The notes under the pieces: generated by a model
Database searches by the model: none
The model's input: the letters and a program-made list of their open reading frames with translations, nothing else
What the model was told of the DNA's origin: nothing
Part shown: positions 49,331-62,880 of the stretch, one piece after another
How positions within the stretch are numbered: the first letter of the stretch is position 1
Layout of the letters: each line of letters begins with the position of its first letter
Program-made: the position numbers and the translations under genes
Assembly (NCBI GenBank): GCA_965140785.1
Contig: OZ223473.1
Coordinates: 1-64,000, forward strand
Direction of reading: 5' to 3'
Length of the DNA: 64,000 nucleotides
DNA from: an uncultured Ruficoccus sp.
GTDB taxonomy: Bacteria; Verrucomicrobiota; Verrucomicrobiia; Opitutales; Cerasicoccaceae

Positions 49331-51751
49331 ATGGTATTTAAGAAAAAAACCAAGAAGGAACAGACTGTTGAAGCCCGGCGTCGCCGCCGCGATGAGGCCC
49401 GTCCGGCCAACGTCCGCGAAGCGATCGACACCAACCAATGGGTCGCCACCGGCCTCATGCTGGGCCTCACCCTTGCCATTGTGCTGATCTGTTTCATCGG
49501 GCGCTCGCCCGCCGGTCCCCGCGTCCTACCCGGCCAGACAGCCCGTATCCGCGTCACGGCGGAGATCCCGTTCTCCTATCAAAGCCAGCTCCAGACCAAT
49601 CGGCTGATCGAGCAGCGCAAGCGCCAGATCGGCCCCTACTACCGGATCAACCCCGGCGTTTACGACAATTTCAGCAACAAGATCGACTTGCTCGAAACCG
49701 AGCTCAAGACCGATCTACTGCCCGAGCTTCAGGAACTTCCCGCCGACGACCGCAAGATCGCCATCGACGCCTTTAACCAGCAGTTCAACCAGCAGAACAG
49801 CCTCGGGATCAACACCGAGGACCTCGCCCTGCTGATCGAGCGCTGCACGCCCGAGCAGATCACCCGCTACCTCAACGAGGGCAAGCTCATCCTCCGCGAC
49901 ATCCTGCGCGAGGGGATTTTTCAGGCCAACCAGTTGGAGCCGCCCACGGTGGACGGTGAGACCGTCTCCTCCTACGAGGTCTTCGGGCGCGCCCAGGGCA
50001 CGCGCCTTCAGTCCGAGGAAGACGCCGTGCGCCTGCTGCGCATTAACCTGGCCGGTCTGGACGCTGACACGGGGCTCTCCCGCGCGCTCTTCCGCATTTT
50101 CCGCAAGGGCATCAAACCCAACCTCGAGTATGACGCCACCCGCACCGAGGAGCGCATCCAGGCCGCCGTGGCCAAGGTCAAGCCGGTTCAGGTCACCATC
50201 GAGACCGGTGACGTGCTGACCGAGCCGGGCACCCGCCTGACCCCCGAGCAGGTCGAGGCCCTGAGCGCCTACCGCCAGGCCCTGAGTAAGAGCGAGCGTA
50301 TGATCTGGGGCTTCAACGCTACCCTGGCCCAGCAGACCGTCCTGACCTTTATCCTCATCCTGGCCGCCATGATCTATATCCAGGTGGCCATGCCGGAGTT
50401 TCGCCGCTCCAACCGGCGCATTCTGCTGACTGCGCTGGTGCTGCTGATCAACTTGATCCTGATCCGCGTGGTCAACATGATCGGCGACCTCGACTTCCTC
50501 AGCCGCAGCCCGACGCTTCAGGCCACGGTCACCTTCCTGGCGCCGGTGGCTTTCGGCGGTATCGTGGTCTCCATGCTGATCGGGGCGCGCGCCGCCGTCA
50601 TGATTTCGCTCCTGATCGCCACCCTCTACGGGATGATGGAGGGCAACTCGATGGAGGCGTTCCTGATCGCTCTGGTCTCCTCACTGACAGGCATCCACTA
50701 CTGCCGGGACATCCGCCTGCGCGCCAAGGTCGTGAAGGCCGGGGCCATGGCCGGTGTCACAGTAGCGGTCAGCGCCCTGTTCTTCGGGCTACTGGACGAC
50801 TTGGGCACACGCACGCTGATTCAGCAGACAGTGACCTCATGCCTGGTCGGCGTCCTCACCGGCATGCTCGCCATCGGTGTATTGCCGCTGCTGGAGAATA
50901 TTTTCAAGTTCACCACGGACATTACGCTGCTGGAGATGACGGACTTCAACCACCCGCTCCTGCGCCGGCTCCAGATCGAGGCCCCCGGCACCTACCACCA
51001 CAGCCTGATGGTGGCCAACCTCTCCGAGCGCGCCGCCCTGGAGATCGGGGCTAACCCGCTCCTGTGTCGGGCCACCTGCCTCTTTCACGACATCGGCAAG
51101 ATGGCCAAGCCCGAGTACTTCGTGGAGAACCAGCGCGAGGGCTACAACCCGCACGACGAGCGCAACCCCACCATGTCCGCGCTCATCATCAAGAACCACG
51201 TCAAGGAGGGCGTCGATATGGCCCGTGAGGCCAAACTCCCGTCCGTCTTCCTCGACATCATCCGTCAGCACCACGGCACGACGCTGATCAAGTTCTTTTA
51301 TAACAAGGCACTCAATCAGAAGCAACAGCCCTCGCTGCCTCTCGGCGGGGGTAACACCACCCCCTCTACACCCGATCCGGGCGAAATCGACGAGAGCAGC
51401 TTCCGCTATGACGGGCCGCGCCCGCGCACGAGGGAGTCGGCCATTGTCTTCTTCGCCGACGCGATCGAGGCAGCCTCGCGCAGCCTGAAAAAAGTCACGC
51501 CGCAGAATGTCGAGGACCTGGTGGACGCCATTATCTCCGAGCGCATCGAGGACGGCCAACTCGACGAGTCCCCCCTCACCATGCAGGAGATCCGCCTCAT
51601 CCGGGACAGCTTTGTCTTCACGATTCTGAATATGCTCCACAGCCGGGTCGAGTACCCGAAGATGGGCAAAAAGGACGGCTCCCGCCACCCCCAACCACCC
51701 ATCCCTCCGCGCGATGCCAAGACTGATCCAGCTAAGTCAGCCTTCGTCTGA
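49331..51751 (+). CDS. 7TM-HDIG phosphohydrolase (PgpH-like c-di-AMP phosphodiesterase)
   Basis: Extracytoplasmic domain, 7 TM segments, APGTYHHS, FHDIGK..KP.YF.ENQ, HHGT, FRYDGP.P and ADAIEAASR. Confidence 0.88.
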   Translation: MVFKKKTKKEQTVEARRRRRDEARPANVREAIDTNQWVATGLMLGLTLAIVLICFIGRSPAGPRVLPGQTARIRVTAEIPFSYQSQLQTNRLIEQRKRQIGPYYRINPGVYDNFSNKIDLLETELKTDLLPELQELPADDRKIAIDAFNQQFNQQNSLGINTEDLALLIERCTPEQITRYLNEGKLILRDILREGIFQANQLEPPTVDGETVSSYEVFGRAQGTRLQSEEDAVRLLRINLAGLDADTGLSRALFRIFRKGIKPNLEYDATRTEERIQAAVAKVKPVQVTIETGDVLTEPGTRLTPEQVEALSAYRQALSKSERMIWGFNATLAQQTVLTFILILAAMIYIQVAMPEFRRSNRRILLTALVLLINLILIRVVNMIGDLDFLSRSPTLQATVTFLAPVAFGGIVVSMLIGARAAVMISLLIATLYGMMEGNSMEAFLIALVSSLTGIHYCRDIRLRAKVVKAGAMAGVTVAVSALFFGLLDDLGTRTLIQQTVTSCLVGVLTGMLAIGVLPLLENIFKFTTDITLLEMTDFNHPLLRRLQIEAPGTYHHSLMVANLSERAALEIGANPLLCRATCLFHDIGKMAKPEYFVENQREGYNPHDERNPTMSALIIKNHVKEGVDMAREAKLPSVFLDIIRQHHGTTLIKFFYNKALNQKQQPSLPLGGGNTTPSTPDPGEIDESSFRYDGPRPRTRESAIVFFADAIEAASRSLKKVTPQNVEDLVDAIISERIEDGQLDESPLTMQEIRLIRDSFVFTILNMLHSRVEYPKMGKKDGSRHPQPPIPPRDAKTDPAKSAFV

Positions 51752-52178
51752 ACTGCTTGCCTACGACGAGGCGGCCGTGGCCGATCTCTTTCACCGCCTG
51801 GACCAGTGGCTGGACTACCGGCTCCCCGACGGTGAGGTATCGGTCGCCTTCCTCGAACACGCCGCCATGGCCGATGTCCATGGACGCTTCCTCGAAGATG
51901 ACACCCCGACCGACGTGATCACCTTCCCGGGCGACCCGGAAATGGACTTCGCGGGCGAAATCTGCGTCGGAGCCGAGCAGGCCATGGAAACCGCCCCCGG
52001 CCAGGGCAACACACTTTCGCAGGAAGTTACCCTCTATCTGGTACACGGCTGGCTACACCTGGCCGGTCTCGATGACCGCAGCGAACCCGACCGGGCGCAA
52101 ATGCGGCTTGCGGAAACGCAGGCGCTGGCTTACTTGGAAACTACCGGGGGGCTGCCGCAGTTCTCCCCGCTAGCTTGA
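51714..52178 (+). CDS. ybeY: rRNA maturation RNase YbeY
   Basis: PTDVITF, GEI and HGWLHLAGLDD; phoH-HDIG-ybeY synteny. Confidence 0.88.
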   Translation: MPRLIQLSQPSSELLAYDEAAVADLFHRLDQWLDYRLPDGEVSVAFLEHAAMADVHGRFLEDDTPTDVITFPGDPEMDFAGEICVGAEQAMETAPGQGNTLSQEVTLYLVHGWLHLAGLDDRSEPDRAQMRLAETQALAYLETTGGLPQFSPLA

Positions 52179-52897
52179 AACAACACATGTACCGTCGTTT
52201 ACGTAACGCTTTTATAGCCGGCCTGGTCCTGCTCGCTCCCCTCGGGGTCACTTACTTCGTGCTGGATTTCCTGCGCTCGAAGATCGGCTCCCGCGTCACT
52301 GCGATGATCCCCCAGAGCGCGCTCCCGCCGGATATCCGCCAACTGCCGATCGTGGACTTCACCCTGGATATGGCGGCGGTGATCATCGTGGTGCTGGCCA
52401 TCACCCTGCTCGGCTTTTTCTCGAATTACTTTTTGGGCAAGGTGATGATCAAGGGCACCGAGCGGGTCATCGACCGGGTGCCGTTCATCAACGCTGTGTA
52501 CCGCACGGTCAAACAGATCGTGGAGACCTTCAGCAAGCAGCAGAAAGCGGTCTTCCAAAAGGTCGTGCTGACCGAATACCCGCGCAAGGGCGTGTATGTG
52601 CTGGGCTTTCTCACCAGCGAGGCCCGGGGCGAAGTGCAGGAAAAAACCGGCGCCGAAGTCGTTAATATTTTCGTTCCCACTACGCCGAATCCGACCAGCG
52701 GCTTTCTGCTCATGGTCCCCAAGGACGAAGTCATCGAAATGCAGATGAGCATCTCCGACGGCATGAAGCTCATCGTCTCGGGTGGCGCGGTCAGCCCGCC
52801 CTATCCGGCAGCTCTGCCACCGGAGGGTAAAGAGGCAATCGCCCGCAGCCGCCGGGCCCGGCAGCAGGTCCCCCCCGCCCCAGAAAATGCCGGCTGA
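52175..52897 (+). CDS. DUF502 protein
   Basis: FIAGL..LAPL..T, RVP....VY..VKQI, EYPRKG and FVPTTPNPTSGF. Confidence 0.92.
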   Translation: MKQHMYRRLRNAFIAGLVLLAPLGVTYFVLDFLRSKIGSRVTAMIPQSALPPDIRQLPIVDFTLDMAAVIIVVLAITLLGFFSNYFLGKVMIKGTERVIDRVPFINAVYRTVKQIVETFSKQQKAVFQKVVLTEYPRKGVYVLGFLTSEARGEVQEKTGAEVVNIFVPTTPNPTSGFLLMVPKDEVIEMQMSISDGMKLIVSGGAVSPPYPAALPPEGKEAIARSRRARQQVPPAPENAG

Positions 52898-53498
52898 GGC
52901 GGTCCAACTGGAGGCGCTCGTCCTCGGACGCGAGCAAACCGGCGAGAACCACCTGCGCCTCTCCCTGCTGGAGCCCGAAATCGGCCGCCGGGAAGCCTTT
53001 TACCGGCAGACCCAGTCCGGCAAGGGCACGCCACCCGACCTTTTCGACCACGGGGAGTTTCATCTCGAAGCCGCCCGCAGCGGGCGGGCGTGGTTCGTGC
53101 GGGAGTTCCGCCTGAGGCGCCGCCTCAGCGGCATCAGCCGCCGCTACGCCAACCTCCAGGCCGCCGCCGAGTGGGCGCTGTTCCTGCGCCGCAACGCCGA
53201 GCATTGCCACGACCCCGAAAAGGTCTTCGACATCGCCCAAAAAACCTTCGCCGCCCTCGAGTCCTCGCCGCAGACCGAGGCCGTCCTGCTCAAGGGCTTC
53301 TTTCTGTTCTCCCGGCAGGAGGGCTGGCCCGTGCGCGAAGAGTGGCTGCGCAACCTGCCCGCCGCCGAACGCGACAGCGCCGTCCATATCCTGAACACCC
53401 CCCTGGAGGCGCTCGAATCCGAGCCCGAAGCGGCCCGCCAGCTGACCCGTGCGCTCAAGAATTGGCTCGCCGCTCGCGACGAGGTTCAGCTAGGGTAA
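52887..53498 (+). CDS. RecO-like DNA repair protein (divergent)
   Basis: OB-fold start ALVL.RE..GE, PDLF motif and helical C-domain; position downstream of ybeY is typical of recO. Confidence 0.6.
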   Translation: MPAEAVQLEALVLGREQTGENHLRLSLLEPEIGRREAFYRQTQSGKGTPPDLFDHGEFHLEAARSGRAWFVREFRLRRRLSGISRRYANLQAAAEWALFLRRNAEHCHDPEKVFDIAQKTFAALESSPQTEAVLLKGFFLFSRQEGWPVREEWLRNLPAAERDSAVHILNTPLEALESEPEAARQLTRALKNWLAARDEVQLG

Positions 53499-53503
53499 AG
53501 GGC

Positions 53504-54364
53504 ATGCTGCTGCCGCCGTTGCGACTGTTTAATCCGGGCCTGAAAGTCCTTTTTCTGGCCGCTTTCGGATTAATCGTCCTGCTCCCGTTTGCTCTCCAGG
53601 CGCAGGACGACACCGGCGGAGACTCCCTCTCCTCGAAGCTGATCGAGCCCATCCCCGCCCAGACCGACGCCGGCTCGCTCAAGATCATCGAGTACCACCT
53701 CAAGGCCCTAGGCGGCTTGGAGGCGCTGGAGGCCATCCACGCCGTCCGCTACACCTGCCATGTGCGCAGGGCGCAGGTGGAGGAGGATCTCGTCCTGACT
53801 GAGATGGGCAACCCCTTCCGCTTTCACGTCAAAACGACCCGCAAAATCAAAGGCAAGGCCTTCGACACCTTCAAGGGCTACAATGGCGAGATCCTTTGGA
53901 GCTACGATCCGAACGAAAAGCACGCCTTTCCCGAAACCCACGGCGGCCAGGAGCTTAAAGATGTTCAAAATGAGATTTTCCTCGACCCGTGCCTGAACTG
54001 GGAGGCCAACGGCTACACGTTCGAATACCTTGGGGAGGTTAAATCCAAGGGCAAAAAGCACTACCTCCTGAAAATGTACTTTCCCAGCGGGCGCACCGCA
54101 TTTTTGTACTTCGAGGCCAAGACGCTCATGCTGACCCGTACCGGGATGGAGGTCGTTTTCGGCGGCACGATCGTCAGCCAGGACGTTTACAACACCAGTT
54201 TCGAAAAAATACGCGGCGTGTGGTTTCCCATCGAACAGGAATACTACATCGACAAACAGAAACTCGGGGGCACCCAAATCAGCCTGATCGAGATAACCCC
54301 GGAGATCGAGCCCGGTCTCTTTGATATGCCCAAGGTCCGGGAGCACTGGCTGCGCCAGCAATGA
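53504..54364 (+). CDS. Secreted protein of the outer-membrane lipoprotein-sorting (LolA-like) type
   Basis: Signal peptide, 'II..HLKALGG.EAL..I', GYNG...W, and F.KI.GV.FP...LFDMP. Confidence 0.6.
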   Translation: MLLPPLRLFNPGLKVLFLAAFGLIVLLPFALQAQDDTGGDSLSSKLIEPIPAQTDAGSLKIIEYHLKALGGLEALEAIHAVRYTCHVRRAQVEEDLVLTEMGNPFRFHVKTTRKIKGKAFDTFKGYNGEILWSYDPNEKHAFPETHGGQELKDVQNEIFLDPCLNWEANGYTFEYLGEVKSKGKKHYLLKMYFPSGRTAFLYFEAKTLMLTRTGMEVVFGGTIVSQDVYNTSFEKIRGVWFPIEQEYYIDKQKLGGTQISLIEITPEIEPGLFDMPKVREHWLRQQ

Positions 54365-54392
54365 CGCACCCGGTAGAGAGTTTTCCACGGTC

Positions 54393-56744
54393 ATGATGGT
54401 GCATGAGGAAGACCGGCGCGCCAGCCTCGGCGTGTCCGAATTCGCCCAGTTCAGCCTCGGCCCCCGGGGCGGACGCTCCGGCGCGGGTGGCCTGTGGAGG
54501 ATGCGCACCGGCCTGGCCTGGCACCAAAATATCCAGCAGGCGGACGAGGCGGCACGGCCCGGTGTCAGCTCCGAGATTCCCATCTCCGGTCTTTGGCAAC
54601 AAGACGGCTGGACCCTGCACCTGCACGGCCGTATCGACCAAGTGGAGGAAACGTTGGAGGGCTGGACCCTCCGCGAGATCAAAACCCTCGAGCACCGCCT
54701 GCCCCAGCCCGCCGCCGACCTGCGCGCGCGCTACCCGGCCTACTTCTGCCAACTGGCCGCCTACATCCGGCTGGCCCGCGTACTGCCGGAGTTTCGCGGC
54801 CTGCCCGTCAAGGGCGAGCTGGTCTTCGTCGAAATCAGCGAGGGCCTGCGCCAAGTCATCCCGTTGACGGAGACTGACGAGACGGGCTTCGACCGGCAAG
54901 TGGACACCGTGTGCGCCTTTCTCAACGAGCGCCGCGATTCGGCCCAGCGTCGCCACTGCCTGTCCTTCATCCCGGCCTTCGAGACATTTCGGCCCGAGCA
55001 GATCCGCGCTCTGGACGAACTGAGCGAAAAAGCCGCCCGTGCCCGTACCATCCTGCTAGAGGCCCCGACCGGCTTCGGTAAGACCGGGCTCGTCCTCCAG
55101 CACGCGCTGGGACAGCTGCGCGACGGGCTCTTTGACAAGGTCATCTACTGCACCGGCAAATCCACCGGCCAGCTTCAGGTGGACCGGCAACTACGCCGCA
55201 TGGCCGGGAGCCCCGAGGAACTGCGCACGCTCGTCTTTCGCAACCGCTCCGAACACGCCATTGCCACCGCCCTGCACACCTGCGACGCCACCGGCGGCTC
55301 CTGCAACGAAAACATCGAGGAGCTTTGGGCCCGCAGCGGCATCGTCCCCTGGCGCCTCTGGGAGGAGGGTCAGCCCGATCTGGAACGCGTCCGTCTGCTC
55401 GGGGCCGCCACCGGTGTGTGCCCGTACGAGATTTCTAAAAGCCTGCTGCCCCACGCCGACGTCTGGGTCGGCGACTACAACTACGTCTTCTCGCCCTGGC
55501 ACCAGCAGGTATTTCTGGAGAGCACGGGGTTCGACCCGGCCCGCACCCTGCTCATCGTGGACGAGGCGCACAATCTCGCCTCCCGTGTCGCGGCGCTCTT
55601 TTCCTTCGGCGAAACGGCCGCCGGGGCTCAACACCTGCTTGGCACCCTGCGCTACCTGGACTGCTCGCCGCGCTTTCTTTCCCTGTGCGAACAATGGGCC
55701 GACCTGCTCGAAAGCCTCCGCCCCCGCGACGCGCTCGATATGAGCACCGAGTACGAGATTGCCGACCTGTTGGAGCAGCTGGCCAAGGGGGTTTATAGCG
55801 AGCGCATGCCCTGGGACGACTTTCAGCCCGGCACCACCGAGACCCTTCACCGTCTGCCCCGCCTGCACGCCATCATGAGCAGCGAGGGGCTGGACCGGCT
55901 CGCCTGGTCGCCCAACCGGGGCGAGCTGCGCGTCTCCTGCCTGGATGCTGCCGGAGAAATCGCCGAGCGGCTGGAGAGCTTCGGCCAGAGCCTGCTCATG
56001 TCCGCCACACTCAGCCCGCTGGAAGATTTTTGTACCGAGACCGGTCTCGATGCCGACGCCGTCACGACCATCCGCGCCGGGGCTCCCTGGCGTGACGAAG
56101 CCTACCGCGTCGCCGTCGATGCCCGCGTCGATACCCGTCTCAACGCCCGCAGCCGCCACGCCGCCACCACCGCCTCGACCATCGATGCCTTCTGCGCCGC
56201 CGACGCGCGGCCTACCGCAGTCTTTTTCCCCAGCTACCAGTACGCCGAGACGATCCGCACCTACCTCTCGCAGCTCAACCCGCAGCTCGTCGTCGCCATG
56301 CAGCCGCGCGGGATCGACCTCAACGGGCAGCTCCACTTCATCGAGGAGAGCCTGCTGTGTGCGCATGCGGTTTTCTTCGTGCTCGGCAGCGGCTTCAGCG
56401 AGGGGATTGACGAACTGGGTGGGCGCATCGGCCAGGCCATGGTCGTCGGCCCTGCCCTCCCCGAAGTCAACGCCGAGCAAAAGGCCCGGCTGGCGCGCTT
56501 CGAACACCTGGGCCGCCCGGAGGCTTTCCGCCGCGTGTACCAGCTTCCAGCCATGCGCAAGATCAACCAGGCCCTGGGTCGCCTCGTGCGCGGCCCCGGC
56601 CAAAGCGCCCGCGTGCTGCTGCACTGCCGTCGCTTCGCCGACGCCTCCTACCAGCGCCTGCTCGACCCGGTCTTCCTACCCGAGGCCACCCTCTCCACCG
56701 ACGCACAGTTGACCGACTGGCTCAGCGCCACCCCGGCGCGGTAG
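54393..56744 (+). CDS. Rad3/DinG-type helicase with an N-terminal PD-(D/E)xK nuclease domain
   Basis: GRID...EIKT...QLAAY, EAPTGFGKT, CPYE, DYNYVF, VDEAHNL, SATL, FFPSY, SEGID and QALGRLVR. Confidence 0.88.
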   Translation: MMVHEEDRRASLGVSEFAQFSLGPRGGRSGAGGLWRMRTGLAWHQNIQQADEAARPGVSSEIPISGLWQQDGWTLHLHGRIDQVEETLEGWTLREIKTLEHRLPQPAADLRARYPAYFCQLAAYIRLARVLPEFRGLPVKGELVFVEISEGLRQVIPLTETDETGFDRQVDTVCAFLNERRDSAQRRHCLSFIPAFETFRPEQIRALDELSEKAARARTILLEAPTGFGKTGLVLQHALGQLRDGLFDKVIYCTGKSTGQLQVDRQLRRMAGSPEELRTLVFRNRSEHAIATALHTCDATGGSCNENIEELWARSGIVPWRLWEEGQPDLERVRLLGAATGVCPYEISKSLLPHADVWVGDYNYVFSPWHQQVFLESTGFDPARTLLIVDEAHNLASRVAALFSFGETAAGAQHLLGTLRYLDCSPRFLSLCEQWADLLESLRPRDALDMSTEYEIADLLEQLAKGVYSERMPWDDFQPGTTETLHRLPRLHAIMSSEGLDRLAWSPNRGELRVSCLDAAGEIAERLESFGQSLLMSATLSPLEDFCTETGLDADAVTTIRAGAPWRDEAYRVAVDARVDTRLNARSRHAATTASTIDAFCAADARPTAVFFPSYQYAETIRTYLSQLNPQLVVAMQPRGIDLNGQLHFIEESLLCAHAVFFVLGSGFSEGIDELGGRIGQAMVVGPALPEVNAEQKARLARFEHLGRPEAFRRVYQLPAMRKINQALGRLVRGPGQSARVLLHCRRFADASYQRLLDPVFLPEATLSTDAQLTDWLSATPAR

Positions 56745-56773
56745 TAGAGTTGAGCAATTAAAAGAAAAATGCG

Positions 56774-56859
56774 GTCACGACGCACGCGAAGAAAGCACAA
56801 AGGACACGAAGTTTACGTTGGCATGGTTCGACCCTGCCCTCTTCGTGCTCTTCGTGACC
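56774..56859. repeat. Inverted 9-mer-type repeat (CACGAAG... / ...CTTCGTG)
   Basis: GTCACGA CGCACGCGAAG AAAGCACAAAG GACACGAAG ... CTTCGTGCT CTTCGTGAC between convergent genes. Confidence 0.65.
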
Positions 56860-56875
56860 AGAGCGTCTTAAAAAC

Positions 56876-58078
<1,203 letters not shown>

Positions 58079-58294
58079 GGGATCGATCGTGTTCAAGTGG
58101 GGGTAAGTCGCCGGACGGATACCAATCGTCCGCCCTTGGCTCAAAGCGATTTTTTCTAAGGTTTGGCACCCGAAAAATCAATGCCGTTCGAGTATTTTCG
58201 CCTGTAAATTTGAACTGATAGGCAAGCTGATGTATGCTTGGCCGTCCCGCTCCCCTCCGCTCTTTCGGAACATCGCGTCGCCCTTATCTATGTA

Positions 58295-58765
58295 ATGAGA
58301 AAAAGTTATACTTATCTTGCTTTCATCGCCCTGTCGCTGGCCGGCGGATTGCTCATCGGCTATATTTTTCGCGCTGGAAGCTGGTACGCGGCCTTGGAGA
58401 AACCGGTCTTTAATCCGCCGGGCTGGGTTTTCGCGCCGGTATGGACCGTGCTCTATATCCTGATCGGTATCGCGGGCGCACGCGTTTTTCTCAACCGCAG
58501 CATGCCCCTTCCAAGAGCGGCGGCCATTCGCGGCCTGTGGATCGGGCTGCTGGCTCTGAATTTCATGTGGACGCCGCTGTTCTTCGGGCTGCAATGGCCG
58601 GCAGTCGCGCTCGGCGTTGTGGCACTGCTCTTCGCGGGGATCGTAGCCTTCATTATCGCCTGTTGGTCACGGGACCGCACCGCCGCCTGGCTTTTCGTCC
58701 CCTACGCGGCCTGGATCGGATTCGCCACCGTGCTTAACGCCGCCATCGTCGTCCTCAACCGCTGA
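58295..58765 (+). CDS. tspO: TspO/MBR family tryptophan-rich sensory protein
   Basis: WYAALEKP.FNPP.WVF.PVWT.LY, LN..W..LFF and PY.AW..FA..LN. Confidence 0.93.
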   Translation: MRKSYTYLAFIALSLAGGLLIGYIFRAGSWYAALEKPVFNPPGWVFAPVWTVLYILIGIAGARVFLNRSMPLPRAAAIRGLWIGLLALNFMWTPLFFGLQWPAVALGVVALLFAGIVAFIIACWSRDRTAAWLFVPYAAWIGFATVLNAAIVVLNR

Positions 58766-58859
58766 GGCCTCACCGCTGATCGGTCGGCACAATTAATGCC
58801 AACTTTTCGGGCAACTCGCGCCCCGACGTCTGCTTGCCGCGCCGCTGCCCACAAACGCA

Positions 58860-58896
58860 CAAAAAACCCGCACGGCTAGTAACCATACGGGTTTTT
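58860..58896 (-). terminator. Intrinsic terminator downstream of tRNA-Thr
   Basis: AAAAAACCCG...CGGGTTTTT hairpin with A/T tails. Confidence 0.65.
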
Positions 58897-58909
58897 CAGG
58901 GAAAAGTCA

Positions 58910-58985
58910 TGGAGCCATCCATCGGATTCGAACCGACGACCTGCTCATTACGAGTGAGCTGCTCTACCAACTGAGCTAGGATGGC
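58910..58985 (-). tRNA. tRNA-Thr(CGT)
   Basis: Reverse complement GCCATCCTAGCTCAGTTGGTAGAGCAGCTCACTCGTAATGAGCAGGTCGTCGGTTCGAATCCGATGGATGGCTCCA: 76 nt, loop CT-CGT-AA, TTCGAA arm, encoded CCA. Confidence 0.97.
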
Positions 58986-59285
58986 CCGCTGAAAAACGGG
59001 TAATCAAACGTCCCTGCCGGGCCCGTGCAAGCCTATTTCTGACTTTTGCGGTTCTGCGGGACAGGCGTCTTTCCGGCTCAGATGGGGCGAAAGCTCCGTT
59101 ACTTCATATCAGCCCTGCATCGTGAGAATCATAGATGCCCTCCCGGTACAGCGGCCTTTCTGCCCGCGTAGGGGCAAAGGCCCTCATTCGGATCAAACGC
59201 CGAGCGTTTGCCTGTGCCTGCAAATGACGCCGGTCGCACAAAGGCGAACCGGCGTCACTAATCGGGGTAAAGTATCGAAAAAGCC

Positions 59286-60047
<762 letters not shown>

Positions 60048-60078
60048 AGCTTAAAAACTTTGCTGATGATTAATGGCC

Positions 60079-62050
<1,972 letters not shown>

Positions 62051-62052
62051 GC

Positions 62053-62880
62053 TTAGCGTCCTTCGTTCAAAGTTACGAACTGCGTGGTGGCGTCCTGCCC
62101 GTCATGGACGGAGACTTCAGCGGTCGGGGCGTTGGCCCATTCGGCCTGCTTTTCGGCGAGGTAGGCTTTGCCGTGGCCGAAGAACAGCACGGAGGCCGGG
62201 ATCGAGGCGAAGCCGAGGAAGATGAACAGCCCGTAGGCCGAGGCGAGGCACTTGAGGCGGCCGCGCCAGACTTCGTTACGCACGCCCAGGGACTGGAACA
62301 TGCTCGTGACCCCGTGGGTCAGGTGCAGGCAGAGCAGCCCCACCGCGATGATATAGAAGATCGAAACGATCGGGCTGGAGAAGCCCTGAACCATCATCGC
62401 AAACACGTCGAAGTACTCCAGGTGCACGTGGGCGACCTCCACCGGGGCCTGCCCGATGGTCTGGTTGTAGTGCTCCGGCACGACACGCGCGGTGTACTGC
62501 AGGATGTGGAAGATGATGAAGGCGAGGATAATCACCCCGCTCATCGGCATCGTCCGCGCGGCGTAGTCGCTTTCGCGGAAGCCCTGCTTGGCATAGTTTT
62601 GGGGGCGGGCTTCACGGTTTTCCTTCACCAGCAGAATGGCCATAGCGATATGGACGACCACACAGGCCAGCAGAAACGCGCGGATAATCCACAGCGTGAC
62701 CGGGTGACCGGGCAGGTGATGCAGGTGGTAGGCATAGGCGTTGATCATCTCTGGGGGCCCGAAAAATTGCAGGTTGCCCAGCATGTGTCCGAGGACGAAC
62801 AACACCAATATGATGCCTGATCCAGCCATCAGGTATTTTTTGACCAGTGAAGGGAGAATTACTTTCTTGGCAGCGCTCAT
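62053..62880 (-). CDS. sdhC: Succinate dehydrogenase cytochrome b558 subunit (single, 5-TM type)
   Basis: KKYLMA.SG, GHM.GN and the conserved His residues in VVVHI, IIFHI and LHLTHG..S.FQSLG. Confidence 0.93.
   Translation of the reverse strand: MSAAKKVILPSLVKKYLMAGSGIILVLFVLGHMLGNLQFFGPPEMINAYAYHLHHLPGHPVTLWIIRAFLLACVVVHIAMAILLVKENREARPQNYAKQGFRESDYAARTMPMSGVIILAFIIFHILQYTARVVPEHYNQTIGQAPVEVAHVHLEYFDVFAMMVQGFSSPIVSIFYIIAVGLLCLHLTHGVTSMFQSLGVRNEVWRGRLKCLASAYGLFIFLGFASIPASVLFFGHGKAYLAEKQAEWANAPTAEVSVHDGQDATTQFVTLNEGR

Noticed and set aside
54393..54900. Cas4 / type IV CRISPR-associated DinG
   Set aside because: There are no cas genes or array nearby, and the gene sits in a housekeeping run.
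58766..58985. tRNA-Thr as the attachment site of an integrated element
   Set aside because: I found no integrase and no duplicated tRNA 3' end in the window, and the neighbouring tspO and trpB look like host genes.
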